NCBI GenBank assembly: GCA_001244265.2
Contig: CDLV01000006.1
Span: 1,054,001-1,118,000 of the forward strand
Direction: 5' to 3'
Length of the DNA stretch: 64,000 bases
Origin: Microbotryum violaceum
Lineage: Eukaryota
Shown: positions 40,570 to 52,949 of the stretch, piece after piece
Layout: each line of letters begins with the position of its first letter
How positions within the stretch are numbered: position 1 is the stretch's first letter
Notes under the pieces: generated by a model
Database searches by the model: none
Seen by the model: the letters and a program-made list of their open reading frames with translations, nothing else
Told to the model about the DNA's origin: nothing
Program-made: the position numbers and the translations under genes

Positions 40570-42054
40570 TTACGGTGGCGGGAGCTTCCCATCGAAAGGT
40601 CCCGCATACACAGCTTGACCTCCGGCGAATGACTGTCCTCGCTCATTCGAGTCACTGCCAGTGATAAATCCTGGGTCAGAACAATGTATAGTCACTTCAA
40701 GCCACTTGTCTCGGATATGCTCGACGCACCTGGTTGCTCGGACAACGATAGGGACGAACCCCCCAGGCAGGATACTAACGTCGGGATGTTCAACCACTCG
40801 GAAGAAGGCGTTGATAACTCCACTGTGGGCCGTGATGGAGATGAAGGTCGAAGGATCCGTGTCGAAGATCTGTAATCCCGCCAAAGAACGAGCTCTCTCT
40901 CTCTCTGGTCAGGTTTGAAGGCTTGTGTGTCTCCTCGGAGGGGCTCACTTGGTTCAATTGTTGCTGGATGCGAAGAGCTTGCTGCCGCGGGGATTCCTGG
41001 TAGTCCGCACTCCAGAGTTGATCCTGCAGCTTCCTTGCACGTCAGCATAATGTTCAGATCTATCCTTTCCCAGACTCCCATCACTTACGTGTTCGGAGAA
41101 ACCGGGCTCGATGTCGTAGGTTGGGAATCGCTCGCGGATGATGGTCTTCTCCGAGCGCTTGTCGCAAGTGTGACAACCGATCGTCTCCCTAAGATAAGTG
41201 TGATGGAATCAGACCCGAATCATCCCGGTCAAACCAGACGAGGCCCTTACCTTAGTCGTTCCAAAATCAGAGGCTTCAACCCCTTGTTCAATAATATGTC
41301 GTGCCAGGTGTTTCGCAAGGTGTCCGCCGCTCGCGTAAAGGGGCTTGAGTAGAGGCGCTCGGGCAAGGGCACACCCTCGGCGACTTGTCTCTTCCACGCA
41401 GTGTTTATGTCTTCAGCTTGTTGCCGTCCAAGAGGAGTGAGCGGGGGATCAGGCCCCCACTTCAGGTGTAACGAACCCGAATGCAAGTCAGCTGCCATCG
41501 AACAGGAGTGAAAAGGGCAGATACTGATTGGACCAACAGTAATATTGCCGTCGGTCTCCAATCGGGACCAATAAGCATCCCAAGCTGCGGTTCCATACTT
41601 GCTCTCAGCAAGATTATGATAGCCTTGCCCGTGTCGGGCAAGGTAGACGACCTTGTACGTCGTCTGCTTGTCCGCCTCGCGGTTGAGCTTGTCAATCTGG
41701 GCGTGAAAAATGTGCCATCGGTTGGGACCTTGCTCGATCAAGCCGAAGGAGTCATCGAGGAGGTCGTAGCCCTTTGAATTGAATTTGGGGTCGGCCTGGA
41801 AGTTATAGGATTAGCTTTCACTAAATGAGAGAAAGGTATTGTAATGATGCATACCTGCTTGAAGACTGAAAACGAGAAGACAGTAACAGCCTTGAGTACA
41901 CTGGCCTCTGTAGGGAACGGAGGGACCGCCCAGGAGCACAGCGCCGAAAAAACTCACATCCTTGCACCGTGGTATACCGAGTCGGAGTAAACGTTGTTCC
42001 GAGAGACTGGTATTGAGAAGTTCCTCCGCGTGTATCGATGGTGTTGCCGTTCAT
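40570..42054 (-). CDS. Histidine phosphatase / phosphoglycerate-mutase family, Pmu1-like
   Basis: YKVVYLARHGQGYHN; WGPDPPLTPLG; YSSPFTRA; ERLR|ETIGCHTCDKRS; FISITAHSG. Start codon approximate; apparent 5'UTR introns at ~42100-42266. Confidence 0.88.
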
Positions 42055-42459
42055 GCTGTTTCCCAAGAGGCTCAACGCGCCGGTCAAATATGAGACAGTC
42101 TATGTAGAGGATGTGTAAGCTCGTCAGTATTCCACCATATGTTATAACAGATTGACAAGAGTGAGCGTATCCCAAGCCACACCGGGTCACCTGAAACGTG
42201 GCAGCGCGACCGATGTGGGGTAGCTGCCGGTGGCAGCAATGTGGCTGAAGTGGACGACTGGCTCACCTTTTGGACCAGGAGCTTCAAACTCGTACTCGAA
42301 ACAACTCAATCCAAGATGCTTGTCGCCGGGCTGTGGACGTTCGAGACGATGCGATGGTCCCAAGTTGTGCGACAGAAGCGGCGGTGGAGCAGGTGGGAGA
42401 GAAACCCGTGTACGGCCGATGACCTCCCGTCCCTCTTGTCTGACCTGCGTAATCTTGCG

Positions 42460-42491
42460 AGGACCCGGGAAAGCTCAGCCCAATGTGCGTC
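42460..42491 (+). repeat. Left terminal inverted repeat
   Basis: aggacccgggaaagctcagcccaatgtgcgtc. Confidence 0.93.
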
Positions 42492-42681
42492 TTGAAAAAC
42501 GGCAATTTTTGGCCGATTTGTACATCGGGATGAGGTGTCTGAGGGGTCGATTTGTACGTATTTTCGGTCGTACATTGAAAACCTTCCGAAAACATGAAAA
42601 CTTCAATGTCGTAAAATTGCACAAAAATCGCTCTCCAACAGCCAGAAATACGAAAAATCGCTCCGACGACGCGACCCGGTA

Positions 42682-45600
42682 CTAACGTCGCGTCCGCTTT
42701 GACAGCCGGCCGCTTGGACCCTGCGAAGATCCCGACCGCTTATCGGCTCCGCTCCTTCCGTCTGCATTAATACCCCTCTCCTCGCCAGCATGCGCAAGTC
42801 CCAAGTCGTCGAACCAACAGGCAGCCTGGAAGATCCCACCACCCTCTTTGTCGTCATCTGTTTTCTCTCCCGTGGAGATCTCATCGCGCTCGAAGATTGC
42901 GGCGACCTCACGCTGAATGACACCTTCTGTTGCCGCGCCATCTGCCGATATGGAAGCCAGCATGTCCGAAAGCTTGCATCGTTCGATCGTTTCCAATATA
43001 TCGACCATCTGCGCCACGCTTGCAGATGTATCAACCTTGTCGCTAATGACAAATGCGGCGAATAATCGAGCTCGTGCTCCAAGTTGGTTCGGGACTACCA
43101 TATAAACTCGAATCTGTAGTACGAGCGAAGAACTTCAGAGAGGTAGCTGCAACCGCGCGGGAGAAAGCACCATCCGCCCACCTTTGTGCCTGCCACGGGA
43201 GGATCGGCCCCACCAAAGAGGGCTTGAAGAGCCTCAGACGTATCGTAGGGAATGGGATTGCCTTCCGTACCGACCAGCTCGTAAGACTGCGGCCCAACCT
43301 GCCCGTCAACGTAGACACTGCGAGGTCGAAGTTTGGTATCATCCATGTGGAGATTGAAGGTGCATCCGATTTCTCGAAGATACGCAGCAACGAGTAGTAT
43401 GGTCGGCATGTGAATTCCTAATTGCAGATTTTCGACGGTGGCTCGAAGTGCTCTGGGGAGTTATGCAGCATATTAGCATCATCACCTGGCAAATGCTTGC
43501 ACAAACGTGAGTCTCACCGGAAATTGCGAAAGTCGAGCCCCCAATGCTGGCTTGGTGGATCCGGTAAGTCGCAGGCGAGGCCAAAGCAAGAGCGCGCTCA
43601 TAGTTGAGGAGGGCTTGATTCCGGCGATAACCCCCTAGCGAAGATCCTTTCGCCTCGCGATCCGATCTGATAATGGGCGCCTCGATCATTCCGGAGAGGA
43701 TGGCCGTCCCCTTGGTCTTTTTCTTGGCGACACCTTGAGCAAATCGGAGAAAAGGTGTGCGTTTTCCTCGTCCATCAAAAAGACATTCGAGGCCCGCGTA
43801 CCGCTTGTAGATGTTGCTGATCAATGTGCTTGGCCTTTCCATGCGTTGCGAGTGTACTTGGCAGTCTTCCCGGTGACACGCTTGCGAATAAGAGCCTTGC
43901 GGAAAGTTGGAATGAGAAGCAGATTCCGGCACTCAATGCAAGCAAGAGCTTGCGGTTTTGGCCCTAACTGCTTCCAACTACCCTTGCTGGTACAGCTCTT
44001 GCTTTTGACATTCTTCAAAGCGTGGTTGTTGACCCACACGAAATGCGCTTCCTCCTCAAGGTCAACTTGCTGCTTCTCTTCGTCGTCCAAGGGGTCGTAG
44101 GACCGATTCTTTTTGAACTGCTTGGCGCGCTTTGAAAAGAGATCCATGATAATCTCATGACGTGGTGTTGCGCCTCCTCCAATCGCCGAGGTTGCCTCGA
44201 GATCCTTGAGAAATTCGCCTTCGCGCAATCCGGGACATTGCGGCGGTTGAAGAGGTCTTGGCGGATCAGCGGCTCTGGTGAGAAAGCCAGTGATCGACCC
44301 GTTGCTTTGTTGACTTCCGCGGCATTTTGTGAGGTGATTCTCGAAGCGAGTGACATCGAAATCGCGACGCAACTTCACGACATTTGCACAGCGTCTGCAC
44401 GTGACATCCCGCGGTCTGGAAACGGTTACTCGTGAACCAGACATCAACTTCTCGACCTTGTCCTGCATTGCCTGGAATTTTTCGGGATTCCCCCGTGCCG
44501 TACGTGACCACTCGGCGTTCTGTCCTTCTTGCTTCAGCTTGGTGGCGTGTTTGTGATCTCCTTTGGCAGACTGGGATTTGCTGCTTGGAGCCTTCTTCTG
44601 ATCCACTGGATCGACGGACGTCTTGGATGACAGGTGTTCGCCACACGCCGCGAGTGTGTTTGGATGCTGCGTTGCTTTCTCCAAACTTGAGCTTAAAGGA
44701 TCGACGGCGGATTCGACTGTTATCGAGCCGCTTGGCAGGAGATTTTCGCTCGACGCCAGAATGTCCAGAACACTTGGTACGTTGCGAGATGTCTCGGTTG
44801 CCGTTTCCAGTACCATCTGGCTGAGCTCCGATTCGAGACTCGCATTCACGTCCTCCATAGTGTCGTAGGTCGAGGCCACAAAACATTCATGGGCCAGTCG
44901 CAGGAATTGGCGCACTCGAAGAAGTGGTCGAATCGAAGGGTCGAAGGAAGGCAGACCAAGACAGTCCTTTTCGAGTATGGTGATACATGCCGGCCCGCAA
45001 GAGTCGCCATCAAGTTGTTGAGGTATAGGCATCACCGTTGGTGGCTGCGTGCTTGGAATGACGACGTTGAGGAAATTGAGAACGTCGAGCGCAGCCTCGC
45101 GCGTTTTCGTTTCCAGCGAACAAGTCTTGAGCGAGTTTGCAAGTTCCCAAGTCTTCTTTTTGACATCCGCGCGAGCAATAACCCAATGACGAGACTCTTC
45201 GAGATTGAGTGGCATGTAAATGATCTTGCACTCGCCTGCCAAGACCCGCGCGCGAATGTGTACTAAATGAAGATCTCCTTCGAATCGTTGTCGTCGTTTC
45301 TGGCAGTCGTGTTGTTGAGAGAAGTAGACCACACTGGATTGTACGAGGTCCGAGATCGATGCATGTCGAGGATTGCTCGCATGTGTGCTCTTCATAGCGA
45401 TGTCAAGCGTGTCCATGGAGAGCCAGGAAGTGCCATTGTCCGCTAGAGTGCCGTTGAAATCACTCTATGTCAGTAAGTGTGCTCTCCTTCAGATCAGACG
45501 TCCACGTACCAAGAAATTCAAGAAGATGACTGAGTGTGATCAGATAACCGTCTTCGAAAAGCGGCTTCCCATACGGGCGAAAACAGTGCAAAGCCAACAA

Positions 45601-46077
45601 CTTCGCTCGCGCCAGCTTGATGTACGCGGCGTCGCGTTTGTCATCGACCTTAACAGTGCTTAGCCAATCAATGTTATCCGAGATGGTTGACTTCAGCTGC
45701 TCGACAGAGTCCAGATGTTGCCAGAACGCTGAGGAACCGATTGGCATGTGTTCCACTATCGACGTGCAAGGGGATCGAACCTCGATGGATCGATAGCCGG
45801 AGGCGTACAATTCTCGAAGATTGTGAGCTTTGTTGAATAATACACGGGTGTTGCTATTGGGGCGGATCTGATGCTCATGGAAGGTCGGCTCGAACTCGGA
45901 TACGGCGAGCGTTGCGGTCAGGTCAGGCCGGGTAAATTCGAACGCAAGAAGCTCGCCGACAGTGAGCTCGGCAACAGGAGACATACTAGTAGCGGCGAAT
46001 TGCTCATCTGGACTCTCGAGCACTTCGTCTAAGAGCACATGAATTCGTGCAACTGGAGGGGCTGCTGTAGATGACAT
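42682..46077 (-). pseudogene. Transposon polyprotein: Ulp1/C48-like protease, Cys/His zinc-binding motifs and truncated DDE (P-like) transposase
   Basis: Spliced EFL|ADNGTSWLSMD; HWVIARAD...ANSL...PQQLDGDSCG; CRRC...HLTKC; C...CIEC; frameshift near 43825; LASPATYR; HMDDTKL; GTK|IRVY; SISADG. No DxxH or Glu motif before the stop at 42682. Confidence 0.75.
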
Positions 46078-46545
46078 GCTGTCCTCTTAACCCTCAGCAA
46101 GGGCACGCAGGGAAGTGCGCAGAGGGTAGGATGCTCGCGACGTGGCACAAGGTGAGGGTGGTCAGAGGCTGTCAGGGGCGTCTATTGGCCTTTATTTCAC
46201 TTCCAGTGCCCTTGATTTGGTGAGCGTCTGTGAGCTTTGTGAGCGTGAAGCGCATTTTTTTGCATTACAATCGGCTCGCGCGTCCAATTTCGTTCAGAAA
46301 CTCATTCAAATCAATGGACCGCCAGTTGGCCAGCAGCGCGCGCCTACTGATCCCAGACCGCCGCCGCTGATACGTGCTCGGCCAGCGGCCGAGCAGGGAC
46401 GACCAGGGAGGTGCGAGGTCGGGGTACATCGATTTGTACACCATCCAGGACGTACATCCAAGATCTGGAGTGCCCAATTTTCCGATTTGTACGGCTTTTG
46501 AGTCGCAGTTTGGGGCTCGGAGGGTCCGATTTGTACATTTTCGGG

Positions 46546-46577
46546 GACGCACATTGGGCTGAGCTTTCCCGGGCCCT
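46546..46577 (-). repeat. Right terminal inverted repeat
   Basis: gacgcacattgggctgagctttcccgggccct, the reverse complement of the left TIR with one mismatch. Confidence 0.93.
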
Positions 46578-46664
46578 ATCTTGCGTAATCATCGAATTGG
46601 CCATTTAACTCCCATGAGTTACACTCGCTATTAGTTCTAAATAATTTGATTTTCACACTAGCAG

Positions 46665-49600
46665 CTACATCAAACTCGCACGACCCCCAATTTCTTCACT
46701 CGCTTGACCCGACGGCAAACCGTTGGCACTTCGCCCATCCACAAACTCGTTGTAGCTGTCAACGGGCCAGCACAATGAGGTCAGTCCGAAGAAATTACCT
46801 GGCTACTGGGAAGTGGACTGGGCTCACATACGACGAAGTCGAGTCAGTTCTTCAGCAGGTACCGACGGACGGGTCGACGCCATTGAAGTGTCGAGGTGTC
46901 GCGCAGTGACGTGAGTCTAAAAAGAAAGGAGAGTTCGTTAGCTCGTCCACTTACGTCCCTTGCTGCTTACTCGCCGTTGACCACGACGCACTTTGGGCTT
47001 CTCTTTTGCTGCGTCATTGAGCTTGGTCTCGATCTTTGTCTTGCTCGCCTGCTGCGCCTTGATGGTGCTCAGGATCAACTCGAGCCGCTTATTGACCGTC
47101 GCCTGTTCGGCCCTCGACAAGACTTTGTCTGAAGCCGCCGGCCCACCCAACGTCGTGTAGGTGATGTCCTCGTTTTCCGTCTTGCCTTTTGACTCTGCCG
47201 AAGATTGGAGAGCGTTCGTCGTCGAGCTCAACGTCTCGTGAATGGCATCGAGGTGGGCGTTGTAGACCAGTGCTTGGAGATCGGCACCAGAAAAGCCTTC
47301 GGTCTTGACCGCGTACTTGTTCAGATCGACAGATGGGTCGAGAGCGATTTTTCTCGCACTTGCCTGTATGATCTGTGAGAAACATTCATCCAAGTCAGTC
47401 CGACCCTTTCTCTGAGCACCAAGCCCCGTCGCACCTCGAGTCGATCCGTCAAGCTGGGCATGTCGCAAAGTAGAGACTTGTCGAGACGCCCGGGTCGCAA
47501 CAGAGCCGGATCGATCAGGTCGGGTCGACTGCAATCAAATAGTATCAGCTCAGCCTGAGCATCTGGAGGACATGTATGATGGCTACACACCTCGTCGCCG
47601 CGAGAACGTAGACCCCATCGAGACCCTCTGCACCGTCCATTTGAGTGAGCATCTGATTGACAACTCGGTCTGTGACTCCGGTCGAGTCGTGACCACTGTG
47701 TTCGAGTAAGCGGCTGGATCAGCTAAATGATGGATCATGGGAACGTATTGTCAGAACTCACCGTTTTGGTGCGATGGAATCAAACTCGTCAAAGAACAGA
47801 ATGCAAGGTTTCGCCGCCTGCGCTCGTTCGAACAGGTCCCGCACACTCTTCTCACTCGCTCCGATGTACTTGTTAAGGATCTCGGGACCTTTGACGGAGA
47901 TGAAGTTGAGGCCGCATTCCTTGGCGACGGCGGACGCGAGCAAGGTCTTTCCGCAACCCGGGTAGCCGTACAGGAGCAAACCGGAACGCAGTCGGAGTGG
48001 ACAACTAGCGAAGATGGCGCCATATTTCGTCGGCCACTCCAAGGTCTCGCGCAGGACCCGCCTCGTCTCGTGAAGACCACCGATATCGGCCCACTGCACG
48101 TCCGACTTTTGCAGCTTGACGTCTCGCAGTGACAACGGCACAAAGCCGATCTGTGCTGCGTGGAAGTCGTCGACCCCAAGCTCGAGATTTGAGGTTGAGG
48201 AGGTCGTGCGCATAGCTGACTGATGGATCGCACGGCCCACGAGATCGCTTAAATCGGCGGGAAGGTAGCCTTCGGTGAGACCGGCAATACTTGTGTAATC
48301 CAGTGACGAAGTGACCAAGCCGGTGGTTGCTGCCTTGGCACTGACGAGGGCTTTCACGATCTGATGAACGGGAAGAGGGGGGGGGGGGCGTAAGATCAAT
48401 ACGTGTGGTCTCAGTTGCTGTAGCACTGTAGCTCAAGATACTCACATCCTTGCGCCCGGCCTTGTTGGGACCCTTCAAGGAAATCGTTTCACCGAGGAGG
48501 TGTGTGGTGGTTAGTAGGGGATGTAGAGATGTCGAGGACTGAGCCGTGGCAATCAGAATGATCGGCCGCGAGCTGAGGGCGGGCATAGCCAATGACAGGA
48601 ATGTGTGTGCGAGATGGAGGGCAGGGAACGAGTCGGCGTGCTCAACTTCGGCGCCAAGCATGCGGTCCAAGTTGTCGAGGACGAGCAACGCAGGGGCATG
48701 CCAGCACGCCTCGTCGAACCAACCCTTTATTTTCACTTTCAGCGTCGACTGCCGCTCGTCTGTGTACTTTGAGCAATCAATGTAAAGCGTGCCTGGACGT
48801 TGGAAGAAATCGCTCATCAGCTTATCTGCAGCTGTAAAGAATGTCGGCATTGCTCCCACGCACGCGTCAACGTCCGAGGGTCGATCTCGAGCTCCCGACC
48901 GATCTGTTGTACCAGAACCGTCTTTCCTGCTCCAGAGTTCCCTGTGACGAGTATTCCCGAGGCTGCACAGACCATGGAGCGTTAGTACGGCGCGAAGCTG
49001 CATCTCTGTATTCCTCCTACTTACTGGGGATCCTCTTGTCGTTTAGAATTCGAGCTGCCAGTGAGTTCACAACGTGCGAGCGAATCGCTTGCAGCTCATC
49101 ATCAACGCCAGCCAGCACTGGATGCACGCAGGGAGCCGCTTTGGTTGCGACAGCACCCAGGTCGTGCAGTGGGAACTCCTTGTGGCCGTTTGTGGATGTG
49201 GTAGGCAGAGAGCGGGGCAAAGGAACCCGCGAATGCGCAGTTTTTGCGTATCCATTCGTGAGGTGGTTCGAAGATGGGGAGGAGGCGGACTGTAGCTTCG
49301 CCTCGTTCGCCAACTTGGCTTTGCGCGCTGCCAATGTCAGACACGCTTGGAATCTGGAGAGGCGGAATGGAAGGGGTTCAGTTCGAGATTGAAAGAAGGT
49401 TGAGACCTGAAGCTCCGGGAATAGATTCACTTGAGCAATTCGAAAGACCTGTCGAGACCAATCCCAAGGTCTTGCCTCGCGGCCTCGCTAAGCCAAATGT
49501 GACCATTCTGAATCTCGCGTCCGAGTTTGATGCGTACGTCGACTTGCTTTCTGTGGGAATCCTTCCCTGCTTCATCGGGGTTCGTCGATGGCGCATCGGG

Positions 49601-50900
49601 CCCTTTTGTCGGAGGTCTGGGATGGTGCGATACGGCCACCCGCAGCGACGGAAAGATGCGGGATAGTACATGGTATAGCGTCGGAGCTATGAACGCATCG
49701 TAGATTAAAGACTCGTCGTTGGATGCAGATCGGAGGACGCATGACTGTGGCTCGGCGATGACCGACGACGACGAACTCGGCATCGCTTCGAGGGGTAACA
49801 ACCGCACCAGTCTCTTCCGGACGCGGTCCCACTCCGGGGACACCGATGATGGGACCGCGGCTGTGTCGGAAGAGAGATCGTGGACCTTGGGAGGTAGAGG
49901 CTGCGGTTTGGCATATCGATTTCTCGGCGCCACGAGCAGTTCTGTCACCGACGTGAGCAGTACGGCGGGTGACGCTGGCGGCGTTGTTGCATCTATTGTG
50001 GCGGAGTGGACAAGCGTCAGTCTATGGCCTCATCGACACTGCAGAAGATTGTGACTGACCAACGGTAAATCGGACGAGAGTCGTTCCTCCGACCCAGCAC
50101 CCGACCATCATCCCTTCCTTCACCGCTCGAACTTGATTGAGCAAATTCATTTCAACAAATTCGGCGTTTGTTTCCTGCGCAAGTGCGAATCCGGATCATC
50201 AAGACATTTCTGATGAGAATGACTCGACTCAGTCTTGGGCGAATTGGGCGTGAAAGCGAGAACTGACTAGGATCTCCCAGTCATCCGCCGAGACGGGGGT
50301 GACGGCGACGGAGGTGGCAGTGGGGAGGTCTCTCATCAACTCGATCGTCACCTGTCATGAACATTGAAGAACTCTTTCGGGTCAGCGATCAACTCGTCGG
50401 CGCTGAAAGCTTGGTGGGGGAAGAAGCAGAGAAGCAGGCGATCTGGCGGCTCGGAGGTCAAGCACTGACAGGCATGCCTTCGCTCATTCCTAACCCGAGC
50501 ATCACAGCGAACTGCGGATCGACTTCGAACTTGTCTCCAAGTGCACCACCGTTGGACCGGGCATGCTGTGCCACCGAAGCCACGCTTGAAGGTAGGCCGG
50601 TCCATCCGACGTAGGCCTTGCTCGTGTCATTGCTGCTCCCACCCGTCTTCTTGGAGGGTGGCTTTGTTTGGGAATGAAATGAGAGCTCGACGACTAGAGA
50701 TTGGGGTGCCTGTGAAGTGAGATGCCCGTCCGTGGGAGTCAGGTAGGCTGCGACAACGGCGGCTATCCCCGTCGGACGAGGTGGAGCGACGAGCGCGGAC
50801 TTACAATGCCTCGCTCGGTCAAGGGTCCTGTGATGGACAAGGGCAAGTTGACGAGGCAGTTGCGCAGCGAGGCGAACGTCAGCACAGCCTTGCGTCCCAT
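46665..50900 (-). CDS. PEX1: Peroxisomal AAA ATPase Pex1
   Basis: [135 protein letters not shown]. Confidence 0.96.
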
Positions 50901-51241
50901 CCTACTCGAAGCTGCTGCGGGATGTGAGCCCGCGGGGAGATTGACCGGCAGATGAAAGACGAAGCCGAGGCCGTCTCGGGTAGACAATGTCGCTCGGCTC
51001 GCCCGAGGTGCCGGCTATCCAAGCACCGGCTCGGTCGGCTTCAGTTGGCACGCTCAGGGCAAAGAGAGTCATGTGCATGACGAGCACAGCCAAATTATTC
51101 GTTTTTTTTTAGCCCAGTCAAGCAATGCATTGCAATAATTCAACAAACAGATAGGTCTACATTATACCTCACCCTGACAAATACTCCCACCTGGGTTTCT
51201 CCCACTGCAAGCAGCCATCGCTGAAGAACTTGGATCTCCCG

Positions 51242-52324
51242 TCAAGCCCTCGATCGCCAGTTGTTGTTCGCTGCGGAAGGCTTGATGTTGTTTCCGCGAC
51301 TGCTCTTGCTCGGCTCGACGGTCTCCTTGGACTGGCGCCACATCACGCTGTCACTGACCGAGCGAGAACCGCCGGAGTCTCTAGCTCGGCTCTGACCGCC
51401 GACTTGACCGGGTGAATTCTCGTCGCGACGCGTGGCATTCCCACCCCCGGTTCGAGCATGCGGCTCTGTAAGTGGTCCAAGATATATTCAGGCTCCCGAA
51501 TGAGTCAGTCCAGTAGATGTATGGCTGCTCACCCTTTGGCAGGGTTCGGAAAGGGGTCACCCCGGCTCCACCGGCTCCAAGCTTTGTCGTGACCCTCTTG
51601 CTTTGGAAATCACTGAAGATTCGAATCAGAGTCGGCCCATCTGGGTCTTGTTCAGTTTATTTCTGGTCACATGCTCACTGGGTCTCGAGCCAGCTCTGGA
51701 CCTTGCGAGCCATCTCGTGCGATTCAAAGTCGACGAAGGCAAGGCTGTGCAGCCAGGAACCAGCTCCGTAGTCAGCTGCTCGTGAAACGATACTTCCGAA
51801 GAGGGTGCCCACCGCCTCCACCCACCCTTTAGACTTTCCATTCACTTTGTGCTCCGAAAAGCTGATACTGCGTAGAGATACATCGATCCCTACTCGCAAG
51901 CAAAGCTCGCGGATGTGTTGATCGGAGGTCCACTGACGATGGTCCGGAGAGATTAGGGCTTGATCAATACCCGTGATGCATTTTCTGAGCGAGTTCACAT
52001 CTTACCCAGTGCATATCTCCGATGTAAAGCGCAGTGTTCAGTGGGTCCTTCGCGGAAGCATTGCTCTGGGCAACTCCCGAGGATCGTGAGTGCATGACAG
52101 GGGCGCTGGAGTGACGTAAACCAGGTTCGACTCTGAGCCCGAACGGGTACTATTCAACACAAGCAAGAGAATCAGGTGAGAGAAAGCAGATGATTTGTAG
52201 CCTCCTAGGCTCTGACTACTCAATGAAGTCCACCGACCTTGTTGCTTGAGTCACCGGGCTGCTCCTGACGGTCATCCTGAGAATGGGCAGCGTCGTAGCG
52301 TGAACTTGCGGCACTCTGGGACAT
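51242..52324 (-). CDS. RRM protein, CPSF6/CFIm68-like
   Basis: ALYISDMHW|WTSDQHIRELC...SISFSEHKVNGKSKG|LAFVDF. Start and end are approximate reconstructions. Confidence 0.65.
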
Positions 52325-52949
52325 GGTTCTGTGTCAGGAGAGACCACCTCAGAGCGAAGCAGTAGTCAATAGAAGTCAGCAGGGGGGAATCAACCGATTG
52401 TCAATGAGTCATGGTCACGAGAGCATAAATTCGATGGCCCAGTTGACGCGAGCGCGGGCTCGATGCTCGATGACCTCATAAGCGCCCACCCACCGTCGAG
52501 CAGCTGCATGATTGCTCCATCGCATATCAGCGACGGATCAATGCAGAGGTGTAGCAGCAATGAAACCTGACCGCATGGACTCACACAAACGAAGCTGCTG
52601 TCAGTGTTATGGTGGCGGAGTCAGGTCGGCGGGGAGCCGGAGCTGACGTCAAGAGCCAGAACACGAGAGGAGACTAGACGAAGGGAGACCGAAGAGGATG
52701 GCTCCTCCGCTAACGCGCTAACGGGCGGCGTGCACGGGCCACCGCTGCCCGATCGAACTTAGCAACAGCCTGCTCCGACCCTTCAGGCAAAGACGAATCG
52801 GAGGAAAACTTCGATTGATCAAAGTACTGATACAACATATCCATTCAGAGCCCATGTCACATTACAACATGTTGCTTCACTGCGCGGCGAGCCGCCAAGC
52901 TCTCGTCTAAGCGTCGATGCATGCATCGTACGGTCCCAGCCATTGCGCG

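Larger units (their letters stand above)
42460..46577 (-). mobile_element. Class II TIR DNA transposon (4118 bp), 8-bp TSD, defective; P-element-like transposase fused to a Ulp1-like protease
   Basis: Left TIR AGGACCCGGGAAAGCTCAGCCCAATGTGCGTC (42460-42491) matches the reverse complement of 46546-46577 at 31/32 positions. Direct repeat ATCTTGCG lies at 42452-42459 and 46578-46585. One internal minus-strand gene. Confidence 0.93.

Noticed and set aside
45460-45462. Apparent premature stop between the two large transposon ORFs
   Set aside because: It lies inside a canonical GTACGT...ACTGAC...TAG intron whose removal joins the ORFs in frame.
52100-52145. GGTTCGACT B-box-like motif
   Set aside because: The T-stem does not pair and there is no cloverleaf; it lies within the RRM gene span.
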